From Balanoglossus misakiensis (lineage: Eukaryota; Animalia; Hemichordata), in NCBI GenBank assembly GCA_040954595.2, contig CM082594.2, positions 10,792,276-10,856,275 on the forward strand: DNA of 64,000 bases. Reading direction: 5' to 3'. A program made the translations under genes and the position numbers. The notes beneath the pieces were generated by a model. That model made no database searches. It saw only the letters and a list, made by a program, of their open reading frames with translations, and was not told the origin of the DNA. Below, one piece after another: positions 41,311-55,755 of the stretch (its first letter is position 1; every line of letters begins with the position of its first letter).

Positions 41311-41479
41311 ATAAGCCAATACCCGACACTGGATGGTTACCATGGATATCAAAGTTTGTGGGAATCAAACAGCACAAACTTGGTGTATTATGGTAACCAG
41401 ATGCGAATTGAATTGTAATGATTGTACCCAAAAGGAAGCCCTGTCTGTGAACACAGGAACTAAAAAGCAAAGTCATTCC

Positions 41480-43247
41480 TTTAATGTAAAACTTTTAATC
41501 CAAATATGGAATAAACTTAATTTCACTACATAAGATAGCGTGAAAACTGTGCTAGACACAAGGAGAGATCTAATACACATTGCTTACAGCATATTTCACA
41601 AGTAGGCCTCAAATACGCCCAAAATAATATTTCTTGCACTTTTTCAACAAACTACATTTTCACAAGTTCAACTACATATTGCTGATATACACAGTTACTT
41701 AATGTGGCTCTGAAAATCTTGTCAACTGGTAGTTTTAAAATATCACGGCAGGAATTTAATTTAAACCCTAGGTGCAGACTTTTGCCAGGTACACTCTGGA
41801 AGAATTTGTTGCACAACACGAGGTCAAAGGTCACACAGAACACCCCTTTTCTGTTCCAGATTGTCACATGACAAAATACGTGAAAAGTGGACATCAGACT
41901 TGTGGGATAAGTGCAAATCTCGTTGGCTTGGACTACAGAATTACACAAAGTGACAACTTTCTACATCAACAAAAATTGCAGACACATTTTAAAAATTCTT
42001 TTTTACTTGAAAACAATCATCGATGTTAAATATTTCAGCTTTGGGAGTTAGATTTTTGCACTAACATTAATTATGAAAAAAAAATGACAAAATTTATCAA
42101 AATCAATCTCATATATTCCTTCAATGTCTTTTCAAAAGTAATTTCCATGTTTGATATTGTTGTCATGCTATCTTTTGGATAACCACAATTTCTAACCCAT
42201 ACAGAGCCTTACTATAAACTATACTCATTTCAATCTCATAAATAATTTCCTATTTCTACGCTTGGCTTATATTTTATTTAAAATTAGGATAAAAAATTCA
42301 CTCAAAAGTTTTCACTTAAGAATATGAAAAATATTTTTAAATACTTTAAAAATGCTGGAAAAATTTGCTACTACAGTACTTAATTTTATGAGATGGTTTT
42401 ACAGTATTTTGGAGGTTCTTGTAGAATTGTTTTTTTATCAAATCACAATCTATAGAAGTTGTATGACTGCAACTACTTGAGATTCTAGAACTATTGTCTG
42501 GTTTATTCTGTGGACATGTGAAGGAAAACACTTGTTTGAAAGTAGTGTGATCAAATGTGATTTCACATCCTGATTTTTGGTACGTATTCCTTGAGATTAT
42601 TTTATAACAGGCTCACACAGTGAAAATCAAAAAGATGGATTTTGCTTATAGAAAATTTAAAACATGCTAACAGTCAAGACACAGGTCCTGTCACAAGAGG
42701 GACCATTAATGTCAACTAACCAGACAGCCATTTTGTAAACTCTAGCGATAAAATTAAAATCTATAATTTCTACTGAACTTGTCTTTACACTCTACTCCCA
42801 CCTTGAAATACATACCTCCTCACCCCAGCTTCTATCCACAATGGTATGATCCACAATAGATAAGAACTGGGTCATACCAAAGTTACAGTAGCCAAAGGGG
42901 TTCAGCGGGATGTTGGCAGTCTATAAAAAAATTCACTTGAAGGGCAATAAATGGGATCACACCCTGTTGCAGAATGTAGAATTTTCAGAGAGCGACCAGA
43001 AAATGGTGACATCAACGGGCGCGAGACATTGTGGCAGCTATACTTATGTGAACGGAAAAACTCCGAAAAAATTGTAAGAAATTTTTACACACATTTGAGA
43101 CAGTGAACACGCACAAAGACAAAGTCATTCTGGCATAGTTTATGCTTTGGTAAGACTGCTCTAAGAAATCATACTCGTTTTTTTTTATTTTGTTCAAACA
43201 AACACTGCATGCAACTAGGTTTATCTTCTTTGGAAAATGACATTTTT
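41480..43247 (-). other. Probable tropomodulin 3' UTR with ATTAAA poly(A) signal candidates at 41494-41499 and 41480-41485
   Basis: AT-rich, CpG-poor sequence follows the stop codon. It ends where the composition switches to CpG-rich sequence near 41400. The end point is inferred. Confidence 0.4.
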
Positions 43248-46200
43248 TTATTTTTCCCCTTCATCATCTTCTATTCCAACGCGCCTCTTGCGATCTGCAG
43301 AATATAAGTGTACCAGAAGAATTAGTTGATTGAGATGACAAACAAACATAACCACCACCAAAACAAAAAAAACACAAATAAAAGTATGTACTTACGCAAT
43401 TCATTGTTTCGCAGCAAAACATCATGGGCCCTCGTTCTGGGTCCCGCTTGTTCAAAGGCGAGACCAAATTTCAACAGTGTTTTATTTTCTTCCAAAGCTT
43501 TTGCGATTTCCATTTCAACTTTGTTGCCGAGTAAAGCCCTCTGAGCATTTGGAAGGGCAAGAAGAATGGAATAAAGGAGCCATAAGTAACTTATATAGGT
43601 TTCAGATTTTTATTTCTATTCTACACTAAAAATACAACACTCAGCATGCAACAAATGATTTGATTGGTTGGAAACATCACGCAACATAAAAGATCGCGAC
43701 TGATTGGTGGTTGAGATTGTCACATGACAGGATGAACTCACCTGATTGGTTAACCTCAGCTCCAGTAATGAGGTATTCTTGGCAACTGTATCCATGATGG
43801 CTTTGATGCCTACCCCAGAGATGAAATTGGATTCCAAGTTCAGAACTTTCAGTGTGTTGTTTTCTTTCAAGCCCTCTGCAATTTCCTGCAAGTGGAAAGA
43901 AAATGATGATCTGAGGTCAGTATTTTCACAGACAGCAGGTTGTTAAAAATCCAACAGATACACATTTTCAGACAAGAATGATCTGTTGATGACATATGAA
44001 AAACCAAACGATAAATTCTGGTCAAAAAAGCACAGCCACTTGTTCTGGCAATAGTCCATTTTTTTTCACAATGTAAGGAAAAAAAAGTTTTATTTTCTGT
44101 TTGTTTTTGTTTTACAGCCCGACAACTTCCCCAATCTCAGCGGATAAATCACCAAATGATCCCAATAAAGTAAACGACTATATAAGCTGGCTGAAAATCC
44201 ACTTTTTATTGCAGTAACACTTTCATTTAATGATAATGTACACATTTGCTCTGCATCGCCTAGGTCACATCTTTAAAAAAGAGAACTGACGTTATGGTTC
44301 CTATTCAAATTTACGACCATACTTTCCTTTCATTGTCTGCTCTCCAGAAATCAAATACAATGTAAATTAAATTACACAATGAATGTAACATATGCTTTTA
44401 TTTTTCCTGACAAACACAGACGTGACATATTCCCGATGCAATTTTTCAGTCTCAATTTTTCTTTTTATTTGTGTGTTTTATGCTGTTCTGTCAAAGCTGA
44501 AAGAACAACATGTTTTTATGATTTCAGGAAATGCCTTGGGGGAAACTCGGTATTTCATTTCCTTTCAAAATACGGGATGCATCATTATTACGGATATGTA
44601 GTGTGTCATTCTGTGTCAGTTTGTACAGAGTTTACCTGATAACAAATACAAGTCATTGTTGATGACATAGTCCACACTGTTACTTACACCAAGGGACCCC
44701 AAAAATCACAATTTCTGTTGATTGCTAACCTTTGCAACAAATTCATTGAGAATGTTTTCTACTGAAGACTACAATGCAACATTTTGATATAATCATCAAT
44801 TTTCTGCAATTATCTTTTTGTTGTTTTTCCATCAAGGCAGACTGAAATTTCTCATTTAATATCGGTTACAATGCAATTCTGGAGAAAACCACCTGATAAC
44901 ATTGAAAATGAGTCAACCGCCAAATTGACAATAGATTAAAAATATTCGCCAAAGGGCAGTTAAAAAGATGAATGTGTAGGTGGTACTTACTAGTGCAACA
45001 CCGTCGTTAAGTCTCGTGTTGGCCATACTGAGTTTGCTTAGGTTGGTGTTCGTCTTCAAGGAAGCTGCTAATGCCTTGAGAGGGGGAATGGGAATGTTCT
45101 GGAAGGGAAAGAAGAGCGATGAATTAATCCAACATTCAATGATTTTTCATGGCACTGTGGAATACAGCCAAACCTGTGTTAGTGGCCACCTGTATATAGT
45201 GGACACTTGTCTATAACGGCCATTTTGTTACAGTTCCTGTGTAAATCACATGACATGGACCTGTCAATCATTGTTGACATTCACATAGTTGGCTCATAGA
45301 CGAAAACCAACTGGACTGACCTTTATGTTGTTCAGGTTCAAGTCCGTCAGGGCGGGGTCATTGTCCTTGGCTTGTTGAACACTTTTGTCCACATCTGTAT
45401 CGTTTGGTGGCTCTAACGGCAACATCTTGGCGGAGGCATATTTAGCAACACCTGTTGGCAGCAAAGGGAGTTGTATTATTTATATACTTCTACAAATTTA
45501 CACACACCCATACACACAATGTACACAACACACACAAAAAATGACTATTTCCAGCCAACTCCGGTATCAGAGTTCTGACTGGAAAATCAGTTGTGGCTAT
45601 TTTGGGGAATTTTTTTTCATAAACTGTCACCATCTGGTATGGAGTGGGAAGCGCCATAAATTCTTATAACAAAAGTGATGCGCACAGACCAATACGTGTG
45701 ATGCTAAAAGCTGAAACAGATGGTAATGTTTATTTTTGTCACTACAAGAATTTTAAGTCCAATATGTGTGACCTGTTTACAGAGAAATGAGGGTGATGAT
45801 GATGGTTTGAACTTTCGATTGAGAGACAGGTGATGTCAGTATCTATTCAATGACACATTACAACTGCTATGTGGAGGTGGATGAGGACTTACCCCCAAAT
45901 TTCCCAGCTTCTTCATCGATTTCCGTGACTTTCTCGTTTCTCAGAGAAGCTTCATACTGAACTTGGTTTAACATACTATGCAGACCCAGCACAGCTACAA
46001 AAGAGAATGACAATTTTTTTTTTTTAAGTACGGTACTCCCCAAGAAAAAAGATTTTCAAGTACAAATTTTACAGTTCAGGTATCAAAATGTGCAACTGCT
46101 TGACGAGAATTATCGCTGAAACAGAACATACTGTTTCTACCCTGAACAGGATCATTACTTCTTCAACATGATCTTTTATAAAATCCTTCACAAGGCTTCA

Positions 46201-49200
46201 GAAAATAAACATGATAGGATATACTTCATGTTTTAGGAAGATCTATCTCCATGACATTCCCAGTAGCTGTATCTCATTGCGTCAATTTCTGGAAAAATTA
46301 TCATCCAGTTTCACTTTGGTTTTCTTGTAATAACACCTTTTCATCGATACAAGCCATGTACATGTTGAGACGTCTTCCCAAGTGACAGATCGCTTTTCCT
46401 CGACCTGGGGCAATTTCACTAGATTTCAAAACCGTACTGATATTTGAGCGGCCATTTTGAAAGGTTCTGTTTTAACATCGGGTCAAGCTTTTGCAAGAGA
46501 GTGACTTCAGAAGTTGTCTACGTATCTGCAAATTCAACTAGTCATCTTGCAACTTCACACCATACCTGCAAGTTCCACAAGTTCGTCTTCAGTGGCATTG
46601 CTCAAAGCGCCTTCCCAGTCTTCACTCAATATCACTTCCTCGTTGTCGTCAACAACTGGTGGTTTGATGTCTTCCCTTGGCTTCCATACCTTGCCTATAA
46701 ATACGACAAAACAAGTACGTTTAGTTGATTAGAGATGGGGGTAGGTGGCTGACCTGGTGTCTTTAACTAATATGTAAATATAAAATTATCATATGTGGCT
46801 TAATCCTTTGAACTCTGACCTCTTGGTGACCAGTGATGTACAGGGAGGGGTACTGCAGGAATCATCCATAGAGATGGCGGCCATTTTGAATTTGAGACAA
46901 TTTCGCTTGCATATATATTTATTCATACACACACCACTGTTATCAGTTCCAGGTCAATAGTTATATATTTCACATTTATATTTTGTGGAATAAAGCTACG
47001 CATCAGCGGAGGGATGTCTGTCACTGTTGTCGCTTGGATTAAGTGGCACAAATAACATGTTACAGTTCAGCTGTGAAATCACAATGCATCTCAGAAAGTT
47101 CTATGAGTCCCCCTCCCCCCTATAGAAAACCATATGGTATTTTTCTGCTGTTGTTAATGCTAGGATAGATTCTGGGAACCTGACTGCAATGCTACAATCT
47201 GACACAGCCACTGCCATTTATGCAAAACTGCACCATCCCTCGCAGTTTGCCCAGATAAACGTAAACAAACAACAGAAGGCGCGAACCCTAACACCAACGC
47301 TACTACGAACACACGTTCAATAAAAAAAAAGATGAATGAACAGCTTGTCTGCACGACCACCAGGTTGTAGACAGCAAACAGAGGTCCGTCTCGCCATACT
47401 GCGACAATGAATGGCCAGACAGAGACAGAGAGACAGAGACATGGACACAGGTGTTTGTCAACATATGTTGGTGGCATCAGATTTGTTACACTTGCTGTGT
47501 ACGGATGGAGTGTATTAAAACACATCAGTGGCAAAGCACTGCATTAACCAGTCAGGGTATTATCCATCTTACTGTCTTCAATCTCTTTGGTTGACACAAC
47601 TGTCTCTAAACTGATTTCAAAAGTCAAACTACCAACACATCTCGGACGTCGACCGACCCAAATGTCGGCCATTGCCCGTGCTTCGCTGTTTATGCTGAAC
47701 TCATCATCTGTACAGAACCAGAATTCCCTATCATACCACGATAAAAACCACATACATATTGTCATGCAGAATATATCTCAACTTGAGGTGAAAGGAAGTG
47801 ATTTCTGGAACTCAAAACTCTAATGGTAAAATTTTCAATTTTCCCCCAATAAATTGAAGAAAAATACATCCAAACCGATTAAACATTTTGAATATGTAAA
47901 TGTCAGATTTATATTTTATTCAAAATCGGCCACGTAAGTAATCTGGGCCAAAGTTAAATGACTGTGGAGTGACCTTTATGAAATAACAGAATTTGCATAG
48001 CAGCCCACTGAACACCATATGGTACATGACAAACACAAAAATCCGATTATTGTCGGTACTAAAAGAAGGAAACAGAGAATATATGGCAGTATCAATATTT
48101 GCTTCCATTTTATAACTTAGAAATATATCAGCAAATTACAAATGATTTTAAAAGAAATACTTTGTAAAAACTTTTGTTTTGTGAGCGATCAAACTCCTCC
48201 ATGTTAAAAAGTGTCTTCTCAAAAAAATATGAAACCCCAGAAACAAAATATGGGATTAACATGACCCTGTAGCTAGGTTGGTTTTGTGTGACGAATTGCA
48301 TGGATGAACTTCCTTTCAAAATTTCACATGATATATACAAATTGTGGTCAATATTAGATATTCAACACACCACTTTTAGTATTGATTTCCCCAAATCCTT
48401 AATGAGCTCTATTTTACTCAAAAACAAAACAAACGGTGGTGTCATCTGGCATGGTCGACAAAATATGCAAAGTGATGCTCTTTTTTTAAAAACTTCATTT
48501 TATTAGATCCATCAAAGGGATCGGGGATTAGCACTGCGGGAGTGTGGAATGAAATACTGTATGTATTCCGTGGCAGAGTACAATTTGAATTCAATTTAAG
48601 ATAATTGTGTATTGGGGCCATACTTCTGATGGCACTCGGATCAGATTTCGCAACCTCGATGAAGGATGGTTCCTTCCAGGACGGGGGGGATCATATTTCC
48701 CCCACTTCAAAATTTTGAAATGTCAGCCAGCGCATGGAGGGATCTATTATGCCACTTGCTGCCGCTTGTTTCAGCGATAAACTGTCGTTGTGACAAAAAA
48801 AGATATGTGAAGTCAGAACCGCCAGTGTTGCTTCACTGTAAAGTAAAACTGCCCTGTCTTTTGCTTCGGTTTGAACAACGCAACACATGGCAGTGTCAGA
48901 TGATAAATCAAATTTTTTTAACGTAATTCTGAAACTGTGGTTATTTATTTTAACTGAGACCAAGAAGCAAGGCTGATTAATGAGCTGAGATTTAATCTTG
49001 ATGTTCCAAAGCCATCTTTTGGATCCATAAATATGGAAATATTTACCTTTACAAAGCAATCCTTCAGAATTAGTCCTTGTCAGTGTACTTTATTTTTAAA
49101 AAGAACACACCCATAAGTATTCATTGACCAGTTTTAGAAAAGTTCACCTTACTGTACATATCATAGATTTCTCGATTAAGACTGCACTGGCAGATCAGTG

Positions 49201-51455
49201 ATACAGATCTTACCGTATATATATATAAACCTACATGCTGCATGAAATAAAAATAAATCATTTTCATACAAAAAAACAATCTTCTTTTAGATATGTCATT
49301 TTCAGGCCAGTATAAAAACACATGCATGCTGCATTCTCAACAAAGGTTTGAAGTCAAAATTGATTTGAAGAAGAAACACACCCTTTCACCAGAGGTTATT
49401 GAAAAGTTCAGAGGAGCAAAAATGTCAACTTTAGAAAAGGGCATTAATTATTCACCATGGGTTCCCCACAAAAAGGTCAAAGGTCAAGTGTATGAGAAAA
49501 TGCTGTTGGCAATGACAGAGAAAAAACGAAATTTCCCCGATAGCTTTGATTAATAACATCTAGAGTGTAAGGTGAAACTCTATGAAGTAAAATAGCTTTG
49601 TGGAAGTAACTTGGCCCCTGCAGTTGGATATTTATTTCGGTCTCTTTTTAAATTTGATTGAATTCACTTTGTGTAAGCAATATAAAGGTGTACATGTACT
49701 TGCAAGAAAGGGGTTCACAAACGATGGCACTGCATTTTCAATGACTGAATACCCCTAGAAATCTTCTATTTGACAGAATATACAATTAATTCTGGCAAAA
49801 TTAAACGAGTTCACTTCAATATTTAATAACAGGCACTGAAAAGATGGAAAAATGAACACAGACAGGCAGCTTTGATTTCAGACAGAACCACACCCATTAA
49901 AAAAGACTTTTTTTAAAAGCCCTGCAAGCTGAAATTTAATAAGTCAGTTTGTGTTGAATAGTCATCAAATTTCAAAAAAATATGTTCCATTGTTTCAATG
50001 CTAGGCACTTCTTGTAGCTCAGAATTTCTTCCCTTCCACTGGTTGGTGAAAACAGAAAGCTGAGGTTTCTTTTTGCCAACATGGCGGCCATCTTGGTTGG
50101 TCCATTTTTGGTCGTACACAACATGGCTGTGAGAATGTGACACTATACAAACTGCCAAATGACAAACTCAGTCAATCGAACGTAAACCCTGTACGATGGC
50201 CTTGAACATATTTGAGTGAAAATGTTGATGAATTTAGATGTAAGGGACGTATTTATAAATGCTGCCACATTCTGCACTGCGGAACCCAGGGTTCAAGATT
50301 TGACCCTTGACAGGCCCAAGTTCCACAGAAGATGAACTGATCTTTATAACCAAGAAACAAAGCAGAGAAGAATAAGATCAGTCCATAATGCAGAATGGAA
50401 TCGAAACAAGTCAGCTGCTGGTTTATATTTTGATGCTAACGAAAGTTTAGAAAAGCTAGGGTTGTTGCGAGTGGGTTAACGAGCTGTAAGGTTTTAATTA
50501 AAGTCATATGCACAGACAAAGTAGTATCCTTGTAGTTACCTGGTTGGATCCAAATCAAATGAAAAAATTACACAGGTTACGATTAGCACAAGATTACAAA
50601 AACCATGGTGATATCAACATGTGTGTCTAAGACAATCATGACCTGGAAATAGCGGCAATGCAACAGCTGAGGTTTGTGAAGGGAACCAATGCAATGTACT
50701 AGAGTGAAACAGCCAGTAAGAATGTCAGATTTCAGGCAGAATCTTGGTGAGAGGATATGTGGGGGTGGGGGTGGATGGGAATAAGCAGTCTCTTTGTCCC
50801 TGTCTCTCTGTGAGTCTGCATCAGTCTGTCTGTCCCCTCTCTGAGTTGGGGGTTGCCTATATTACATCAGTCTGCCTGGTGCATTTGGATATCGGACTTG
50901 ACACATGCAGCATTAGGGGTGGGGAAGCGGTCACCAGCACCCTGCATGGATCAAAAGCTGATTGACTCCCCTTTGAAGTCCATGCGAAACTCACAGGGCA
51001 AACCAGCCAATCAGGGTCCAGGACACAGCCTGGGTTCAAAGGTCACAACTTACCTCTCTTCTTTCCAGCTTCATAGGGTACCCTCTCATCCTGGTCCTTT
51101 TCATCTTTGGCCTTTTTCTCCAGGAAAGACAGCAGATGCTGGCGATCAAACGGACCCGTGGCTTCTTTGGTTGTCTGGTCCTTCTGTCTTTCTGACGGTG
51201 GCAACAGAGTGTTCTGAAATGCAGACAGGTTTTATTTGATGAGAATCAAACTTGGAGTTATCCAATTCTATATTTTCATTATTACTATTATTGTATTGCA
51301 AACTTTATCTAAGCTGACATGAATCATCTTACATCAGGATCAAACTCGGCTTCCAACTCCTCAAGTTCCTCCGGTGTCAACTTCGCCAAGAGTTCTTCTT
51401 CATCGATGTCCTTGTACTTGCTGAGGTCTTGCCAGAAGTTGTATTTATTCGCCAT
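43248..51455 (-). CDS. TMOD: Tropomodulin, complete, 362 aa: complement(join(43248..43294,43396..43540,43742..43885,44991..45098,45321..45451,45893..45994,46566..46694,51054..51213,51333..51455))
   Basis: All introns are GT-AG with matching phases, and the total is 1089 nt. The protein reads [74 protein letters not shown]...GKVWKP...[20 protein letters not shown]...PPNDTDVD...LNLNNIK...[19 protein letters not shown]...[23 protein letters not shown]...[21 protein letters not shown]. This gives the tropomodulin N-terminal TM/actin-binding segments plus the LRR domain. Confidence 0.97.
45163..45230 (+). mobile_element. Terminal fragment of a Tc1/mariner-pogo-type MITE in a tropomodulin intron
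   Basis: A TA|CAGCCAAACCTG terminus is followed by three 17-bp subterminal repeats (tagtggccacctgtata, tagtggacacttgtcta, taacggccattttgtta). No matching opposite TIR was found. Confidence 0.55.
47573..47707 (-). CDS. Candidate alternative exon of tropomodulin: a 135-nt phase-1 cassette, or an alternative first exon from the ATG at 47672
   Basis: Acceptor ttctgtacag and donor A|gtaaga. The segment is open in the tropomodulin frame ([45 protein letters not shown]), its length is divisible by 3, and it has an internal gcaATGG. Confidence 0.4.
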
Positions 51456-53451
51456 TTCTGGATTTGTGTGTGTTTCACGTTCAGCAACTGTCTGTCACAA
51501 ATGGGATTGGAACACCTCTTCTGAAATGGAACTACACACAATATATGGTTCTGTTAGTCTGCGGAAAAGTTGAGTTATGTCTTTCCATCTGAAATTACCT
51601 TGCAGTTCATGAGCTGCAAAATTTCTGGCATTATTTATACATGTAAAACCTTTCTCCGTTCAAGACCACAGAATTACATCAGTACAAACGCAAGGGCCAG
51701 AAACAGGTCACTGACCTATGTGCTTCAATCAACCATATACATCAGTGTCATATAAATATAGTCTACAAGGTCATTTTTTTTTGCTTTGAAATATAATTCT
51801 TTACTTTACTCTTGAAAAAGAGATAAACTAAATTAGTGGTGGGATATATTCCACTATCAGTCACAGAGTCGGTTGAAAGAAACCTACCCACGGCTGCCAC
51901 TGAACTAAAAGCTGTTCGCTCATTACCAAACAACATGCCATTGATAAATTATGGATGGCTAATTTACAAATGCTGTTTTCTGAACTTTGTGCCGATTTTA
52001 AGTGGTGGAGGCCGTTGGCATGAATTGTGTCTTTTCGGGCCAAAAAAGAATAAAACACAAAATCCCTTTTTCCCCCAAGAGCTAAGAGCATCAATCATGC
52101 CCGACAGCACATCGCTATGACAACCGCAGAATTGGATTTTAACACTGTTGTTGCCACGGAATTATTCCCTTTAGTTGGTTCTTTTTTTCTTTCCGTTGCA
52201 AAGACGGTGTTTCCTCGTCGCGGCATCCTAATTGTGGCCAACAATGCGTGAACAGACCGTTGGATTAAAGACTGTGTAATGTGTAACAGCTGGTCATCTC
52301 ATGGCACATGTTGCATGCTGCATGCATATTCATCAAATTATTGTGACTTTTTACGGACTCATACACCACTTTTTATGATGAAACAATTTGGCTAAATGAA
52401 GAATATCTCAGCCTTGTAAAATTTTTATACGTTTGTCATAAACTTCTGATATAATACATTGTTGAATTTTTCAATAAAAACATGAGAATTTTTTTAATTC
52501 AGTGTTTCAAATTTAACAACACATTTTTAGAACATATTTATCTTTCCTTTCAAACCATTTTCTTGTAAGTATTGGTACGGTGTTATACAATGTGAATTTT
52601 GGAGTTGTGTTAAAAATAATTGTGTTTCGGGTGATATTTACCATGCAATTTTCTCCAGTCATGGAACGATTTCTGTAGAGGGCGCTAGACTAATTCACTG
52701 CTTGATGTGGTGGCAAATGTCGATGGCGCATCATATGGGCTTTGAGGGCACATTACTCCTGTTTCTGTTTCCTATTGTGGAGGTCCCAAAAAGGGCGAAA
52801 CTATCTCAATAAGCTTTTAAAGTGTGAACAAGGTACTGTGTTTACAGTAATATATCTCGATGGATATTCAGAACCTCTTTAAATTAACACCGATTGACAA
52901 CAACAGTTGTCTAGTATATTTAACACCGATTGCAATCAGTGACATGAACAAATGTGATGCATATCCCCCTTTTAACCCTCCGCTGGGAAAAGCTGTCACC
53001 TATTCTGACACCATAAACCTGTCTGACTTTTAAGGCCGGGCAACTGGGACGTTGGTGCGGCACGAAATGTTACATTTTGAAAAGCGCGAACATGTGTCTG
53101 CTGGTTAGGACGCCGAAATGAAATACGGTGCGATACCCTTGTGTACACAGGGCAGCAAGGCCACTCACGGGTTGAGTAAAGGTGAAAGAATTGATGACTC
53201 TGCTGGGGGCACACTGACAGCTTCACAGTTCAAAAGGGGAGGGCTGTCATGCATTGTTGGGGAAATCCTTAGTATTTTGCAGAGTCCAGCATGAACAGCA
53301 AAAATGTAATTTGTGAGCGCTGGCTGCCACAACGACAGGTGCTCAAAATATAACACGACGTAAAACACACACAGCGACTGCGGTGGGAGGTTCATGAAGT
53401 TATACATCCCAGTCCTTTGTTGTGACGTCAGCTGAGATTTCATGAAAACCA

Positions 53452-53465
53452 CCACCAGGGGGCGA
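53452..53465 (+). promoter_or_regulatory. CTCF-like motif CCACCAGGGGGCGA, next to a CRE palindrome TGACGTCA (53423-53430)
   Basis: 13 of 14 bases match the CTCF consensus CCACCAGGGGGCGC. Confidence 0.5.
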
Positions 53466-55755
53466 TAAACACTTTCCCGATGTCTGGGAAGATCAGCCAG
53501 TGACGTGACTGATGACAAGAGTGAATCATGTCAACAATATAAAAACACTGACATGAAAATAGACAATAAGACCATCCCAGCCCCTACCAGCATACAGATG
53601 GTTTTAAATACACGTACAAAAATCAAACAAAGTCAGCACTACCAGTACAGGTGCTGATTCTAGGCAAATCTGTGATGATTTCATCCAAAAGGACATTTTA
53701 AACTTTCAATGGTATCAATACGATTGTACCTTCGACTTATTAGGTTTATGTAATCATTGAGCATTCTGAAAAACACAGAGAACAGCTGAAATTAACAAGG
53801 CCCATACATAAAAACAAGTGATTGTAGATTTTCCATTAAGATGGCACACAAATCCTGTTGAGGAATTTCAGTTCCATTCATCTGCCCTTAATCTTTAAAG
53901 AAGAGAGTTGTTTGTATGGTGTGACAGAATTAGCTGCCTGTCTTTGAAATGAAGGTTTTTCACTCAAGAGTATTAAAAGCAGTGCTATGCGATTTTGTGG
54001 CGAAAATATGGTGACTGAAATAAATGTGGCCAATCCAAAGAAGCCTTATTACCAGTACTTACTACAGAAATTACCCACTCAAATTCACAATTCTCAACAC
54101 CAGATGAGGGCAGTTTCATGGTTAAATAAAGACCAATATAGAAATTGTGATTGGGTCAAGGGAATGTTTACTGATGGCAGGTATGTATATGTTATTTGGC
54201 AAAATCCAAAATCCTTGTAAATTAAAATAGTTTCTATTTATACATTTTTTTTTATTTTGCCAAACTATAAAAGATATGGAGGTTCTGTATGATGGCCTTA
54301 ATTTATAATGATCACAGCAGCATTCTTTCCAGTGGTGGTGGGGATAAGCAAAATGGGTAAATGTAAATAGCCATGCTTCCTGGCAACTTTGAATTGCTAC
54401 TAATGAAGGTGCCACGAGACAGATAGATTTTTGCATTGACTGAGCAGAACAAACTGAGGTTATAAAAGATATGATCACATATTCTCCTTGACGTGACAGA
54501 CAAACATCAGCCTGCCTTCATTTCTGAAGGTTCACCTGCTGGATTGGTCAAATATTGATTATTTAATTAAAGTACTGAATCACAGTCCTGTCCATATTGG
54601 CAATGGCAACAATATAGTGTAACCAAGTCAATGACCTTTTGTTGTGTATACCTGTTGACCTATGACATAGTCTCTGTTGATCACTATGACTGACAGAGTT
54701 ATTGATTACAGATTTACCACAGGACACATCATGTCTATGTGACGTGTGTTTGTGTGTGCGTAATTCATAAAAATTTTCAGATTTATTAATTAAAATTTTA
54801 AATGGAGTTTCAGGAGAAAGACAACCCCCTGCAAAATTATTTTGGATTATTAACATGCATTATTGACATGTAATGATGAAATATTTACATAAACAGATGG
54901 CCAATAAAAGCTTGTTCAGATTTCGGATGAAATCAACATTCTGGACCACATCTGATTTATTTAGAAGAGTACAAAAGCTCTCCACAAGATGAACAAATTT
55001 GATGAGGTACAATGTCAACAAGGAAATATGCTGGCACATTCCAATGTGATAATTTCTTTCTTTCTGACAGGCTACATATTGTGGTCAACTTTACTATATT
55101 TTCATTTAAAATACTGCACCAGTAGTGTACATTTGTGAGATAATGTTTACAGGACCAAAACATGCACCAAGACTAGTTTGTTTACAATGTGGTTTGATCT
55201 GCACTGTCTCCAGACATGATAATATATTGGGAGTGGGTAAATGTACATGTACTGGGAAAATTTGCATAAATGCTGAATAATAACACATTTTCATTTGTCG
55301 TCTGCTAATACTGTTATTTTCCTAGTTGGACATAAAGGGGAGATAACCATGGTTGAGTTAAGAAAGCTACAAAACGCAACAGTCTATGGAAGCACGTAAG
55401 GAATGCAAATTTACTCGGATCTTTAACGAGAGGCCCAAGCTGGGAAAAATTTCAATGCCACCCCGAGAATATTACTGTCTGCTACACTGCGAGTGCGATA
55501 ACAGTTCGCAAACACTGCCCACGGTCAAGTAAAAGCGATCTCGATGACTGGGTAAATATTATGGCGTTTAGAGATACAAGCTTTCGACCCTGACTGCAAA
55601 GATCTCGACCAATAACAGCAATATCAGAGCCCATCCCACTCTCGTACGAGCGATCGACTGATGACAGGGGGGGACATGAAAACAGACTGTAGTCTGACTT
55701 CACACAAGAGCTCCACCCAACCGTTGAACGGCCGGATTTGGGGATTCATACTTAC

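Noticed and set aside
41500-41509. Perfect CArG box CCAAATATGG near the tropomodulin 3' end
   Set aside because: A single 10-mer in AT-rich sequence is expected by chance in 64 kb.
46866-50110. Recurrent ATGGCGGCCAT(T/C)TTG YY1-like palindromes (near 46873 and 50080, partial copies near 6301, 6573 and 46448)
   Set aside because: Probably remnants of a common repeat. They are too short to define an element or a function.
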